Assembly (NCBI GenBank): GCA_021798115.1
Contig: JAJZYM010000002.1
Span: forward strand, 14,872 to 78,871
Direction: 5' to 3'
Source of the DNA: Pseudomonadota bacterium
Lineage (GTDB): Bacteria > Pseudomonadota > Gammaproteobacteria > JAKAQQ01
DNA: 64,000 bases
The notes beneath the pieces are model-generated. The model had not been told where the DNA came from and ran no database searches. It saw only the letters and a list, made by a program, of their open reading frames with translations. The position numbers and the translations under genes are program-made. Shown here piece after piece: positions 50,852-60,140 of this stretch (its first letter is position 1; each line of letters opens with the position of its first letter).

Positions 50852-53035
50852 TCAGCCGTGTGGACGAGGGGATGTCGCGTCCACAGGAATCCCCTTCATG
50901 CCAATGTAGTAACCGACAAAACCCCAGTCTTCCGCCTTGTGACGGATGAGCTTGTCGAGCGGCATATAGATGTGGCTCGTGTGGTGGGCGACGTGCAGGA
51001 GCACGGGGTTCGGGCAGGCCTGATCGTGCTGGAGCGTCGCCGCGAACTTGTAAGAGTTGCTGGGATCCACCCGGTCGTCATCGGTCGAGGTCGTCACCAG
51101 CGTCGGGGGGTAGCAAACCCCGGGATGGACGTTCTGCAGGGGTGAATAGGCGTACAACCAGTGAAAATCCGCCTTCTTGCGCGGGTCACCGTATTCCGCG
51201 ATCCAGTATTCCCCGCCCGAGAACTTCTCGAAACGTAGCATGTCGAGAACCCCGTGGCCGACGTAGACCGCCCCGAAGAGATGCGGCTCTTGTGTCAGGC
51301 TCGCTCCGGTGAGGAGACCCCCGTTCGAGTAGCCCATGATCCCGAGATGCGCCCGGTTTGTGTAACGGTGACGGATGAGCCAGCGTGCGGCGTTGTAGAA
51401 ATCGTCAAAGACGTTCTGCTTGTGGTTGAGCATCCCCGCGCGGTGCCAGGCCTGACCGTAGACGCCTCCGCCGCGGAGATTGGGTTCTGCGTAGACACCG
51501 CCGTCGCGGACCCAGACCGCCACTTCGGGATCGAAGTACGGGGTGTTGGTGATGTCGAAGCCACCGTAGCCGGTGAGGATCGTGGGCGTTGCGCCCCCGG
51601 GGACGAATCCCCGCCGGGTGACGAGGAACATGGGGACTTTCACCCCTCCGGTCGAGCGGTAGAAGACCTCGCGTGTGGCGTAATGACGCGGGTTGAAGGG
51701 GACCCGGGGTGCGAAGAGAACGCGGTGGCGCCCACTACGGACGTTGAGCCTCAGGATCTCGGTGGGGTGGAGAAAGGACGTGTAGGCGTAATAGACCACA
51801 GGCGAGTGGCTGTGTGTGGAGAATCCGCTCGCGGTGCCCATCCGTCCCGGGAGGGGGAGGGTGCGGAGCCGCCGCCCGTTCAGGCCGTAGAGCGAGAGTG
51901 TCGAGACCGCATTCGCCATGCGGTGCACGACGAGTCGGCCCGCCGCGAGGTGCGCGCCGACGAGCACCGCGTGTGTCTCGGGTACCACGGTCTTCCACGA
52001 CGAGGGCGGTCCAGGACGGTTGAGAGGAACCGCGACCACCCGCCCGAGAGGAGCGTCCTTGTCGGTCTGAACGTAAAGGGTGTGTCCGACGACGCCGATC
52101 GGAATGTAACTCGCGTCGTTGCGGGTGAAGAGCGGGCGAAAGTGGAGATGCGTCGCTCGGCGCCCGAGGCGCGCGACGGCGAGCTCGTTGCGCGTGATGT
52201 CGAACTGGGTGGTGACGAAAAGATAGCGCTCGCCGTCGAGCGTACTGCCCTCGACGATCCATTCCGGCCGGTGGGGAAGAGCAAAGACCGGCCGATCATC
52301 ACGTTGGGGTTCCCCGATCCGGTGGTAGTAGAGCGTCTGGTGGTAGAGGCGAACCCCGATCGCGTTGTGTGCCGGCGGGCGGGGGTAACGTGAGTAATAG
52401 AACCCACGGCTGTTCCGCGTCCAGGCGATGTTCGAGAACTTGACCCAGCGGACCGCGTGCGGAAGCGTGCGCCCGGTCTTGAGATCGAGGACGTGGATCG
52501 TTTGCCAGTCCGAGCCTCCGACCGAAAGGGCGTAGGCCAAGTAGCGACCGTTCGGGGAGGGGACGAAATTGGCCAGGGCGATCGTCCCGTTGGGCGAAAG
52601 GATGTTGGGGTTCAGGACGACGCGGGGCTTCGGGCTGCCGATGCGCCTTTCCATGACCACCGACTGGTTCTCGAGCCCGTTGTTTTTGGTGTAGAAGAGA
52701 CGCCCGCCCGCCTCGACGGGGACGCTCTCGCGGGCGTGGTTCCACAGCCGGCGGATTTGGGCCTCGAGCCGCGGGACGAGGGGGTTTGTCGCCAGGACGC
52801 GGAGCGTGAGGGCGTTTTCCTTGCCGATCCAGCGACGAAGCCGCGGGCTATCCAGCTTCTCCATCCAGCGGTAGGGACCGGGAACGAGCGTGCCGAAATA
52901 GTTGGTGACGACGCGGTCCCGGTACGCCGGTGGGTAAGAGGGACGGGGGGCAGCGACCGCCGTTGCCAAGCCTCCCGCAATCAGGACGACGGGGGCGAGG
53001 TGCGTGAAGGACAAAAGTCGGGTGCGGGAGGTCAT
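50852..53035 (-). CDS. prolyl oligopeptidase (S9A family), secreted
   Basis: N-terminal signal peptide, a beta-propeller region, and C-terminal GGSNGGLL (catalytic serine GxSxGG) with the His/Asp triad region. 727 aa. Confidence 0.8.
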   Translation of the reverse strand: MTSRTRLLSFTHLAPVVLIAGGLATAVAAPRPSYPPAYRDRVVTNYFGTLVPGPYRWMEKLDSPRLRRWIGKENALTLRVLATNPLVPRLEAQIRRLWNHARESVPVEAGGRLFYTKNNGLENQSVVMERRIGSPKPRVVLNPNILSPNGTIALANFVPSPNGRYLAYALSVGGSDWQTIHVLDLKTGRTLPHAVRWVKFSNIAWTRNSRGFYYSRYPRPPAHNAIGVRLYHQTLYYHRIGEPQRDDRPVFALPHRPEWIVEGSTLDGERYLFVTTQFDITRNELAVARLGRRATHLHFRPLFTRNDASYIPIGVVGHTLYVQTDKDAPLGRVVAVPLNRPGPPSSWKTVVPETHAVLVGAHLAAGRLVVHRMANAVSTLSLYGLNGRRLRTLPLPGRMGTASGFSTHSHSPVVYYAYTSFLHPTEILRLNVRSGRHRVLFAPRVPFNPRHYATREVFYRSTGGVKVPMFLVTRRGFVPGGATPTILTGYGGFDITNTPYFDPEVAVWVRDGGVYAEPNLRGGGVYGQAWHRAGMLNHKQNVFDDFYNAARWLIRHRYTNRAHLGIMGYSNGGLLTGASLTQEPHLFGAVYVGHGVLDMLRFEKFSGGEYWIAEYGDPRKKADFHWLYAYSPLQNVHPGVCYPPTLVTTSTDDDRVDPSNSYKFAATLQHDQACPNPVLLHVAHHTSHIYMPLDKLIRHKAEDWGFVGYYIGMKGIPVDATSPRPHG

Positions 53036-53242
53036 GAATCGGCTCTCGTGGCGGCTCGGGATGAAGCTCTTTGTAACACAGAAGAACGAAGATGCGCAAG
53101 TCTTGGCCAGGATCCAGAAGGGAACTGCGTCTCGCATGGAATCTCGTGTTTTAGTTTCCCCGTACACCAGTTTCGAGCATAGCTCGGGCGGTCCCTGGGG
53201 CTAGAATGATCCGGTGGGATGTTGCCAATTCGGGGGGGAACC

Positions 53243-55216
53243 ATGAAACGGACTCTGTTGCTCCTGGTCGTGCTGTCGGTCGTGCCGACCGTGGCACGCG
53301 CGACGACGGCGACCGCGACACGGAAGGCCGCGTGGCGGGTGGCGCAGGCCGCGTACAGGCACGGGGACTATCGGGAAGCCTTTGCGGACTTTCGACGCCT
53401 GGCGGTACGGGGCTACGCACCCGCCGAGGTCAAGGTGGGTCTGCTCTACAAAGTCGGTCGAGGTGTGACGCGGAGCAATGCGAAAGCTTTTGAGTGGATT
53501 CACCGTGCCGCGCTACAGAACTATGCCCCCGCCGAGGTCATCATAAGCCTGATGTACCAAGCGGGCATCGGTGTGAGAGCGAGTGACGCGCAAGCTCTGA
53601 AGTGGCTTCGCCGCTCCGCGGTGCAGGGCTATCCGGGCGGTGAGGACTTGCTGGGGGTCATGTATCTAAGAGGCCTCGGTGTGCCGCGGAGCTATGCGAA
53701 AGCGCTGAAGTGGCTTCGCCGCTCCGCGAGACAACAGCACTATAAAAAATTCGCCGAGGTCTTCGCCAAGGTCTTCGCGGAGGTATTAGGCCAAATGTAT
53801 GTGTTGGCCCAGGGTACGCCCCGGAACCTTGTCAAATCTTACAAGTGGTATCTGATCGCCGAGCGTTCAGAGCCTGCGACAAGCCTTCGCCGTGGGGAGG
53901 TGTCAAAAACTCTCAAGCTTCTTGCCGCCAGGATGAGTCCGGCACAGCTTGCGCAAGCGCGGCGGGAAGCGTCCGCCTGGCTTGCAGGGCACGCAAAGAA
54001 GGGAACGTCGAAGAAGTGGTATCGCCGTGCCGCGGTCCAGGGCGCTGCGCATGCCGAGGCCACGCTGGGCCTCATGTACCGAAGGGGCCAGGGCGTGCCG
54101 CGGAGCGAGACGAAAGCCTTGACGCGGTATCGTCGTGCCGCGGCGCAGGGCGTTGCGCTCGCCGAGGGCAAGCTGGGACTCATGTACTGGAGGGGCCAGG
54201 GCGTGCCGCGGAGCTACACGAAAGCCGTGAAGTGGTATCGCCGTGCCGCGGTACAGGGGCTTGCTGTCGCACAAGTCCTCCTGGGTCTGATGTACGAAGA
54301 GGGGCAGGGTGTGCCGCGGAGCTACACGAAAGCCGTGAAGTGGTATCGCCGTGCTGCGGCACAGGGGCTCGCTGTCGCAGAGCACCTCTTAAGCGTGATG
54401 TACCAAAACGGTCTGGGCGTGCCGCGGAACGACGCGAAGGCTCTGAAGTGGCTTCGTCGTGCCGCGAGACAACACGACGCACTCGCTGAGGTCGAACTGG
54501 CCTCGATGTACGCAGGTGGCCATGGAGTACCGCGGAGCGACGCGAAGGCCGTGAAGTGGTATCGTCGTGCCGCGGTACAGGGCGATGCGTCCGCCGAGGC
54601 CACGCTGGGTAGCATGTACTGGAGGGGCGTAGGTGTGACGCGGAGCGACGCGAAAGCCTTGACGTGGTATCGCCGTGCCGCAGCACAGGGCTATGCGTCC
54701 GCCGAGGGCATGCTGGGTGGCATGTACTGGAGGGGTGTGGGTGTGACGCGGAACTTCGCAAAAGCGCTGAAGTGGCTTCGCCGTGCCGTGGCGCAGGGCG
54801 ACCCTGCCGCGGAGGTTGGCTTGGGTGCGCTGTACGAGGATGGCCAAGGCGTGTCTCGGAACGTCGTCGCGGCTTGCAAGTGGTATTTGATTGCCAAGCA
54901 CTCGATGCCTGTGACAAATCGGGTCTATCCCTTGGCGTCAGACCTCCTCAAGCAGATTGTTGCCGCCATGACTCCTGCACAAGTTGCGCAAGCACGGCGA
55001 GAAGCGTCCGCCTGGCTCGCGGCGCACGCAATGTCTGGACGGTCGAAGCAATGCTCGACCGGGACGGAGCCTGTCGGCCCGAGCTCGGCATCAAAGCCGT
55101 CGGAGACCCTGGCCTTCGTCTGCCGTGGGGAAGAGAGGGTCCGGAGAAACGATCGGACTCGCCCGAGACCATCTCCGGGGAGACGGAAGCCCGACCGACG
55201 AGACTTTCCATTCTGA
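53243..55216 (+). CDS. Sel1-repeat (TPR-like) protein, secreted, about 14 tandem repeats
   Basis: Signal peptide MKRTLLLLVVLSVVPTVARA. Repeats of about 36 aa follow (GLMYxxGxGVPRSxxKAxKWYRRAAxQG), then a low-complexity Arg/Pro C-terminal tail. Confidence 0.8.
   Translation: MKRTLLLLVVLSVVPTVARATTATATRKAAWRVAQAAYRHGDYREAFADFRRLAVRGYAPAEVKVGLLYKVGRGVTRSNAKAFEWIHRAALQNYAPAEVIISLMYQAGIGVRASDAQALKWLRRSAVQGYPGGEDLLGVMYLRGLGVPRSYAKALKWLRRSARQQHYKKFAEVFAKVFAEVLGQMYVLAQGTPRNLVKSYKWYLIAERSEPATSLRRGEVSKTLKLLAARMSPAQLAQARREASAWLAGHAKKGTSKKWYRRAAVQGAAHAEATLGLMYRRGQGVPRSETKALTRYRRAAAQGVALAEGKLGLMYWRGQGVPRSYTKAVKWYRRAAVQGLAVAQVLLGLMYEEGQGVPRSYTKAVKWYRRAAAQGLAVAEHLLSVMYQNGLGVPRNDAKALKWLRRAARQHDALAEVELASMYAGGHGVPRSDAKAVKWYRRAAVQGDASAEATLGSMYWRGVGVTRSDAKALTWYRRAAAQGYASAEGMLGGMYWRGVGVTRNFAKALKWLRRAVAQGDPAAEVGLGALYEDGQGVSRNVVAACKWYLIAKHSMPVTNRVYPLASDLLKQIVAAMTPAQVAQARREASAWLAAHAMSGRSKQCSTGTEPVGPSSASKPSETLAFVCRGEERVRRNDRTRPRPSPGRRKPDRRDFPF
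53390..54900 (+). repeat. tandem 108-bp coding repeats (Sel1 units) within the Sel1 gene
   Basis: Periodic recurrence of ...gtgccgcggagc...aagtggtatcgccgtgccgcg... visible in the DNA. Confidence 0.7.
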
Positions 55217-55223
55217 GATCGCC

Positions 55224-55468
55224 TGCCAGTCCGAGTTTCCGACCGAAAGGGCATAGGGCAAGTAGCGACCGTTCGGGGAGGGACGAAATTGGCTAGGGCG
55301 ATGGTTCCATTGGGCGAGAGGATGTTGGGGCTCAGGACGACGAAGGATTTTGGGTTGCCGATGCCCTTTCCATGACCACCGACTGGTTCTCGAGCCTGTT
55401 GTTTTTGGTATAGAAGATTCGCCCGCCTTCGACGTGCACGGCCTCGCGGGTGTGGTTCCACAGTCGGA
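55224..55468 (-). pseudogene. 245-bp fragment duplicated from the prolyl oligopeptidase gene (about 88% identical to 52503..52755)
   Basis: Direct DNA similarity to the POP coding region. It encodes ...VVLSPNILSPNGTIALANFVP..., compared with VVLNPNILSPNGTIALANFVP in the POP gene. Confidence 0.75.
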
Positions 55469-55469
55469 T

Positions 55470-56453
55470 AGGGATGAGGTCCTCGGCTACGTGAGGCGGA
55501 ATCAACCGAAGCTACACACCGCGGTTGTAGACCCACGTCACCATCGCCTGGCCGCAGAACTCCTTGCCGTTGTCGGTGCGGATGACCTGTGGCAGGCCGC
55601 GCGAGAGCGCCAAACGGTCGAGTACGCGTGTCACGCCAAAGCCGGAGATCGCGCGCTCGACTTCGATCGCGACGGCTTCGTGGGTCGCGTCGTCGACGAT
55701 CGTCAGACACTTGATGACGCGACCCTCGGCGGGGCGGTCGAACACGAAGTCCATCGACCACACTAGGTTGGCCGCACTCGGCCGCACCAGCGGTTGGCGC
55801 TCAGCCGCCAATACCCTCTTGCGCTTGCGACGCCGCCCCTGCAGCTTGGCTCCCGGGTAGATCCGTTCGATGCGTTTGTCGTTCACAAGCAAACCCTCCT
55901 GGCGCAGCTTCAGGTAGATCATCCCGACGCCGGTGCGCCGGTGCCGCGGACAAGCACCACGATGCGCTCGCGCAGCGCGACATTGCGATCGGGCCGAGGC
56001 ACGTCACGGAATGCGCTGGCGCTCATCCGTACGACCGCCAACGCCCGCCGTTCGCTCAGTCCCTCTCCGACCAAGTAGCGCACCTGCTCCCGCCGGGCCG
56101 GTGCGCCCACCATTTCTTTCGGAGAACATCCTTGATCACCTCGTTCTCCAGCATCTGCTCGGCCAACAGCTTCTTCAGCCGGGCGTTCTCGGTCTCCAGC
56201 GCCTTCAGGCGTTTGGCATCCGGCACGCTCATCCTACCGAACTTGCTGCGCCACAGGTTGTACGAGGCCTCGCTGAAGCCGTGCCGACGACACAACTCCT
56301 TCACCGACACGCCAGCTTCCGCCTCACACAGGGAGCCGATGATCTGCTCTTCGGTAAACCGCTTCTTCACGTCCAATCTCCTTGTCAGTGGGGATTGGAC
56401 TCCAGATCGTCGTGCTACTCAAATCCGGGGGGACGTCGGCTAATCGACCATCA
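55470..56453 (-). mobile_element. truncated, frameshifted IS3-family insertion sequence. orfA is intact at 56056..56376. orfB is fragmented at 55919..56113 and 55512..55922, and its 3' end is deleted.
   Basis: OrfA has an HTH and leucine zipper (MDVKKRFTEEQIIGSL...LKKLLAEQ). OrfB pieces are ...LSERRALAVVRMSASAF... and ...WSMDFV...IRTDNGKEFCGQAMVTWVYNRGV. A TGATGG... terminal inverted-repeat-like end lies near 56453. The element ends abruptly at the POP-fragment junction. Confidence 0.7.
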
Positions 56454-56664
56454 CGCCGTGCAGCAGGTAGGGATATTTCGGGTGCTGCTGAGAGCCAGAG
56501 TCATACCTCGCTCGGGATTGGCATGCGTGACCAATCTGTTGGTGCCGGATCCCCTCGATCTACGGGGTGAAGCCGGTGGCCTGGGCACCGGCGTCGCCTA
56601 CGACTCTCACGAGTGTCGGGACGGGGAACCCTCGACGGGTGGGGTGGGTCGTGAGGCGACCGAA

Positions 56665-59610
56665 TCAGGATGGTGGGGAGGGTGTCTCGCGCCCGGCGAG
56701 AGCCGCGATCCGTTCTTCGAGCCGGGCGAGTGCACGTGCTTCTTCGGCGCAGCGTTCTTCTTCCCGCGCGATGACCTCGCGTGGCGCGCGGGTGCGGAAG
56801 GCAGCGTTCGCAAGTCGGCTTCGGCAAGTTTCGAGACGGTTCCGGGTCCGCTCCACGTCATTTTTGAGACGCGCCAGCTCTTCGTCCGCATTTGCGGCAG
56901 GAGCGGCGAGGAAATAACATTCGACGTCGCTCGTGGTCTCCGCCGGCCGTGCGCCCGTGGGTGCCGCCTCGCCGGGTTCGAGCCTCCGGAGAGAATCAAG
57001 ATGGGCGAGCCCGCGCACCACGAGGGCGTGGCGTACGAGACGCGAGGCCGCCTCCTCCTCGGTGGTGCGGTAGGCGAGAGGGACGCGCTGCCCCGCGGGG
57101 ATGCCGAGCGCGATCCGGCTTCGCCGAAGGGACTCGACGATGCCGATCGTCCAGCGCGTGTCTTCCGCCTGGGTGGCGTCCCAGGGCCCGAGTTCCTCTG
57201 AACGCGGGTACGGGGCCACCGCGATGCTCGGGGGCGGATTATCGAGCCGTGGCCGCAACGTCTGCCAGAGTTCCTCGGTCACGAAGGGAATGAGCGGATG
57301 GAGGAGGCGCAGGGTGGCTTCGTAGGTGACGAGAAGATTGCGCCGGATTGCCGCCCGCCGACCGGGACCCGCGTCGGGATCGCGCAATCCGATCTTGGCG
57401 AGCTCGACGTACCAGTCGCAGAACTCCCCCCAGACGAATTCGTGGCAGCGTTGGGCGAGGAGATCGAAGCGGTAGGCGGCGAAGTGACGGTGGGCCTCGT
57501 CGATCGTGGCCGCCAGACGGGCACGGATCCAGTGTTCGCCCGCACCGTCGTCCGCCCCCGCGAGGGGGGCCGACTCGTCGCCGGCCGTCTCGAGTTGAAG
57601 CAACACGAAACGGCCGGCGTTCCAGAGTTTCGTGCAGAAACTCCGGTACCCGCCCACCCGACCGAGATCGAAGCGGACGTCCCGCCCAGGAGCCGCGAGG
57701 GCGGCGAAAGTGAAGCGGACGGCGTCGGTCCCGTAACCCGGAATGCCGTTCGGAAACTCGCCGCGTGTCCGTGCGGCGATCTCCTCCCGGCGCTCGGGTT
57801 GCAGGAGACCACTCGTGCGCTTGGCAACCAGGGGTTCAAGCTCGATGCCGTCGACGAGGTCGAGAGGATCAAGCACGTTGCCCTTGGATTTCGACATCTT
57901 CTGTCCTTCCGAGTCGCGTACGAGGGCGTGGATGTAGACGTCCCGAAATGGCACCCGTCCGAGGAAATGAACGCCCATCATAGCCATCCGGGCCACCCAG
58001 AAGAAGATGATGTCGAACCCCGTCACCAGGACGTCGCCGGGGTAGAAGGTCTTGAGATCGTCGGTCTTGTCCGGCCATCCGAGGGTCGAGAACGGCCAGA
58101 GGGATGAGGAGAACCACGTGTCGAGAACGTCCTCGTCCTGCTCGAGCGCCGCCGGGTCGACCCCCGGGTAGCGGCGGAGGAGGTCCCCTTCGTCGCGGGC
58201 GACGTAGATCCGGCCGTCCTTCCCGTACCAGACCGGAAGGCGATGCCCCCACCAGAGCTGGCGGCTGATGCACCAGTCTTCGATCCGTTCGAGCCACTGA
58301 TCGTAGGTCTTGCGCCAGGCCTCGGGAACGAAGTTCGGGCCTGCAGCGTGCTCGCCCTCGAGGAGCGGTCGGGCCAAGGGGGCCGTGCGCACGAACCACT
58401 GGACCGTGAGGTAGGGCTCGAGGAGGGCGCCCGAGCGGTCCCCACGCGGGAGGCTCATGCGGTGGGGTTCGCGCCGTTCGAGAAGGCCCGCGCTGGTGAG
58501 GTCCGCGAGGATGCGCTGACGTGCCTCCTCCCGGGAAAGACCGACGTACGTGCGCGGGACGAGTCTTCCCGCGGCTGCCAGGCGGCGGACCTCGTGATCT
58601 TCGGGGGCTTGGAAGAGAAGCGCCGCGTCGCCCCGCGGAGCCTCGAGATCGCGGGTGGGATCCTGCACGCGGGCGTGGTCGTCAAAGATGCGAAAGATCG
58701 GGAGTTTCGCCTCTGCCGCGTGCCTCTTCCACACCTCAAAATCGTGGGGGTCGTGGGCCGGTGTGATCTTGACGATCCCCGTTCCGAAGGCGGGGTCGAC
58801 CATCGGGTCGGCGAGAACGGGAATGGTCCGCTCCGTGAGCGGGAGCCGCACCTGCGCTCCGATCCAGGAGCGGTATCGGGCGTCGTCGGGATGAACGGCG
58901 AGGGCGACGTCGCCGAGGAGCGTCTCGGGGCGGGTCGTGGCGACGCTGAGATGCGTTCGTCCGTCGCGCGCCTCGACGAGCGGATAGCGGAGAACGTAGA
59001 GTTCGCCCGGGACGTTCTCCTCGGTCTGTACTTCGAGGTCCGAAAGCGCCGTGAGCAGCACCGGATCCCAGTTGACGAGCCGCGGCCCGCGGTAGACGAG
59101 GCCCTCGTCGTAGAGGCGGACGAAGGCCTCGCGGACCGCCCGCGAGAGCCCTTCGTCCATCGTGAAACGCGAGCGGGACCAGTCGGCCGAGGCCCCGAGA
59201 CGCTTCATCTGGTTGACGATCGTCGCACCGGACTGTTCTTTCCAACGCCACACACGCTCGAGGAAGGCCTCGCGTCCGAGACGCATGCGTTCGAGCCCCT
59301 CGCGCGCGAGTTCGCGCTCGACGACGATCTGGGTCGCGATGCCGGCGTGGTCCACACCGGGCTGCCAGAGCACCCGACGCCCGAGCATGCGGTGGTAGCG
59401 GACGAGGGCGTCCATCAGGGTGTCCTGGAAGGCGTGGCCCATGTGGAGCGTGCCCGTCACGTTGGGCGGAGGCAGCATGATGCAGTAAGGTGGCCCGCCG
59501 CCCGTCGGACGGAAGAGATCCTGCTCCTCCCAGAAACGTGCGATCCGGCCTTCCACCTTGCCCGGGTCGAAGGTTTTGTCAAGAGAGGGAAGAGGTGGGG
59601 CGTCGGACAT
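56665..59610 (-). CDS. valS: valine--tRNA ligase
   Basis: PPPNVTGTLHMGHA (HIGH), KMSKSKGN (KMSKS), and a C-terminal coiled coil. ATG at 59610 gives 981 aa. The upstream extension of the 1274-aa ORF is non-coding GC-rich read-through. Confidence 0.9.
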   Translation of the reverse strand: MSDAPPLPSLDKTFDPGKVEGRIARFWEEQDLFRPTGGGPPYCIMLPPPNVTGTLHMGHAFQDTLMDALVRYHRMLGRRVLWQPGVDHAGIATQIVVERELAREGLERMRLGREAFLERVWRWKEQSGATIVNQMKRLGASADWSRSRFTMDEGLSRAVREAFVRLYDEGLVYRGPRLVNWDPVLLTALSDLEVQTEENVPGELYVLRYPLVEARDGRTHLSVATTRPETLLGDVALAVHPDDARYRSWIGAQVRLPLTERTIPVLADPMVDPAFGTGIVKITPAHDPHDFEVWKRHAAEAKLPIFRIFDDHARVQDPTRDLEAPRGDAALLFQAPEDHEVRRLAAAGRLVPRTYVGLSREEARQRILADLTSAGLLERREPHRMSLPRGDRSGALLEPYLTVQWFVRTAPLARPLLEGEHAAGPNFVPEAWRKTYDQWLERIEDWCISRQLWWGHRLPVWYGKDGRIYVARDEGDLLRRYPGVDPAALEQDEDVLDTWFSSSLWPFSTLGWPDKTDDLKTFYPGDVLVTGFDIIFFWVARMAMMGVHFLGRVPFRDVYIHALVRDSEGQKMSKSKGNVLDPLDLVDGIELEPLVAKRTSGLLQPERREEIAARTRGEFPNGIPGYGTDAVRFTFAALAAPGRDVRFDLGRVGGYRSFCTKLWNAGRFVLLQLETAGDESAPLAGADDGAGEHWIRARLAATIDEAHRHFAAYRFDLLAQRCHEFVWGEFCDWYVELAKIGLRDPDAGPGRRAAIRRNLLVTYEATLRLLHPLIPFVTEELWQTLRPRLDNPPPSIAVAPYPRSEELGPWDATQAEDTRWTIGIVESLRRSRIALGIPAGQRVPLAYRTTEEEAASRLVRHALVVRGLAHLDSLRRLEPGEAAPTGARPAETTSDVECYFLAAPAANADEELARLKNDVERTRNRLETCRSRLANAAFRTRAPREVIAREEERCAEEARALARLEERIAALAGRETPSPPS

Positions 59611-59678
59611 CGGTGGGGGGCTTGAGCGTCGGCGAGCGGACTCTGCGCGATCCGGCAGGGCCGTCGAAAAAATGGTTC

Positions 59679-60140
59679 TCAGATCCTTTGGCTCTTGGGG
59701 ACGTTGGGCGTGGACATGATCCGGTGCGTTTCGACCTCCCAGCCTGCCGCGTTGTAGGCGACGAGCCGAGCCTGCAGAAGATCTGAATCCTCGTCCTCGT
59801 CGGCGTGAACCTCGGCGATCTTGACGGCCTGAGGCGGCGGGTTCACCCGGGGCGAGTGGGGGAGGACGTGCGTGACCGCCGTGTAATGGGCGGGCAGTGT
59901 GCCGTGCAGGGGGGCGATGACGAGACGGTTCCAGAGATCGTCGTCCGTCCCGTGGGGGACGAACGACCCGTCGCGGTAGGTCCAAAGATAGGCGTCGAGC
60001 TGGCGGACGAGTGTTTCGTCCTCGATGTCGATCCACATCCGGAGGTTCTGTTCGAGGGCTTTTTCGCCGAGACGCGCCAGGAACGGGACCAGCACGTCGG
60101 GGTCGGATCGGCTGAGAAAGTAGAGCTTGAGGACTTTCAT
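59679..60140 (-). CDS. holC: DNA polymerase III chi subunit
   Basis: MKVLKLYFLSRSDP... of 153 aa, lying between pepA and valS as in E. coli (pepA-holC-valS). Identification is by position and size. The start overlaps the pepA stop (ATGA). Confidence 0.7.
   Translation of the reverse strand: MKVLKLYFLSRSDPDVLVPFLARLGEKALEQNLRMWIDIEDETLVRQLDAYLWTYRDGSFVPHGTDDDLWNRLVIAPLHGTLPAHYTAVTHVLPHSPRVNPPPQAVKIAEVHADEDEDSDLLQARLVAYNAAGWEVETHRIMSTPNVPKSQRI

Noticed and set aside
53390-54900. Periodic repeats that could be mistaken for a CRISPR array
   Set aside because: The repeats are 108-bp in-frame coding units of a Sel1-repeat protein. There are no spacers of unique sequence and no cas genes.
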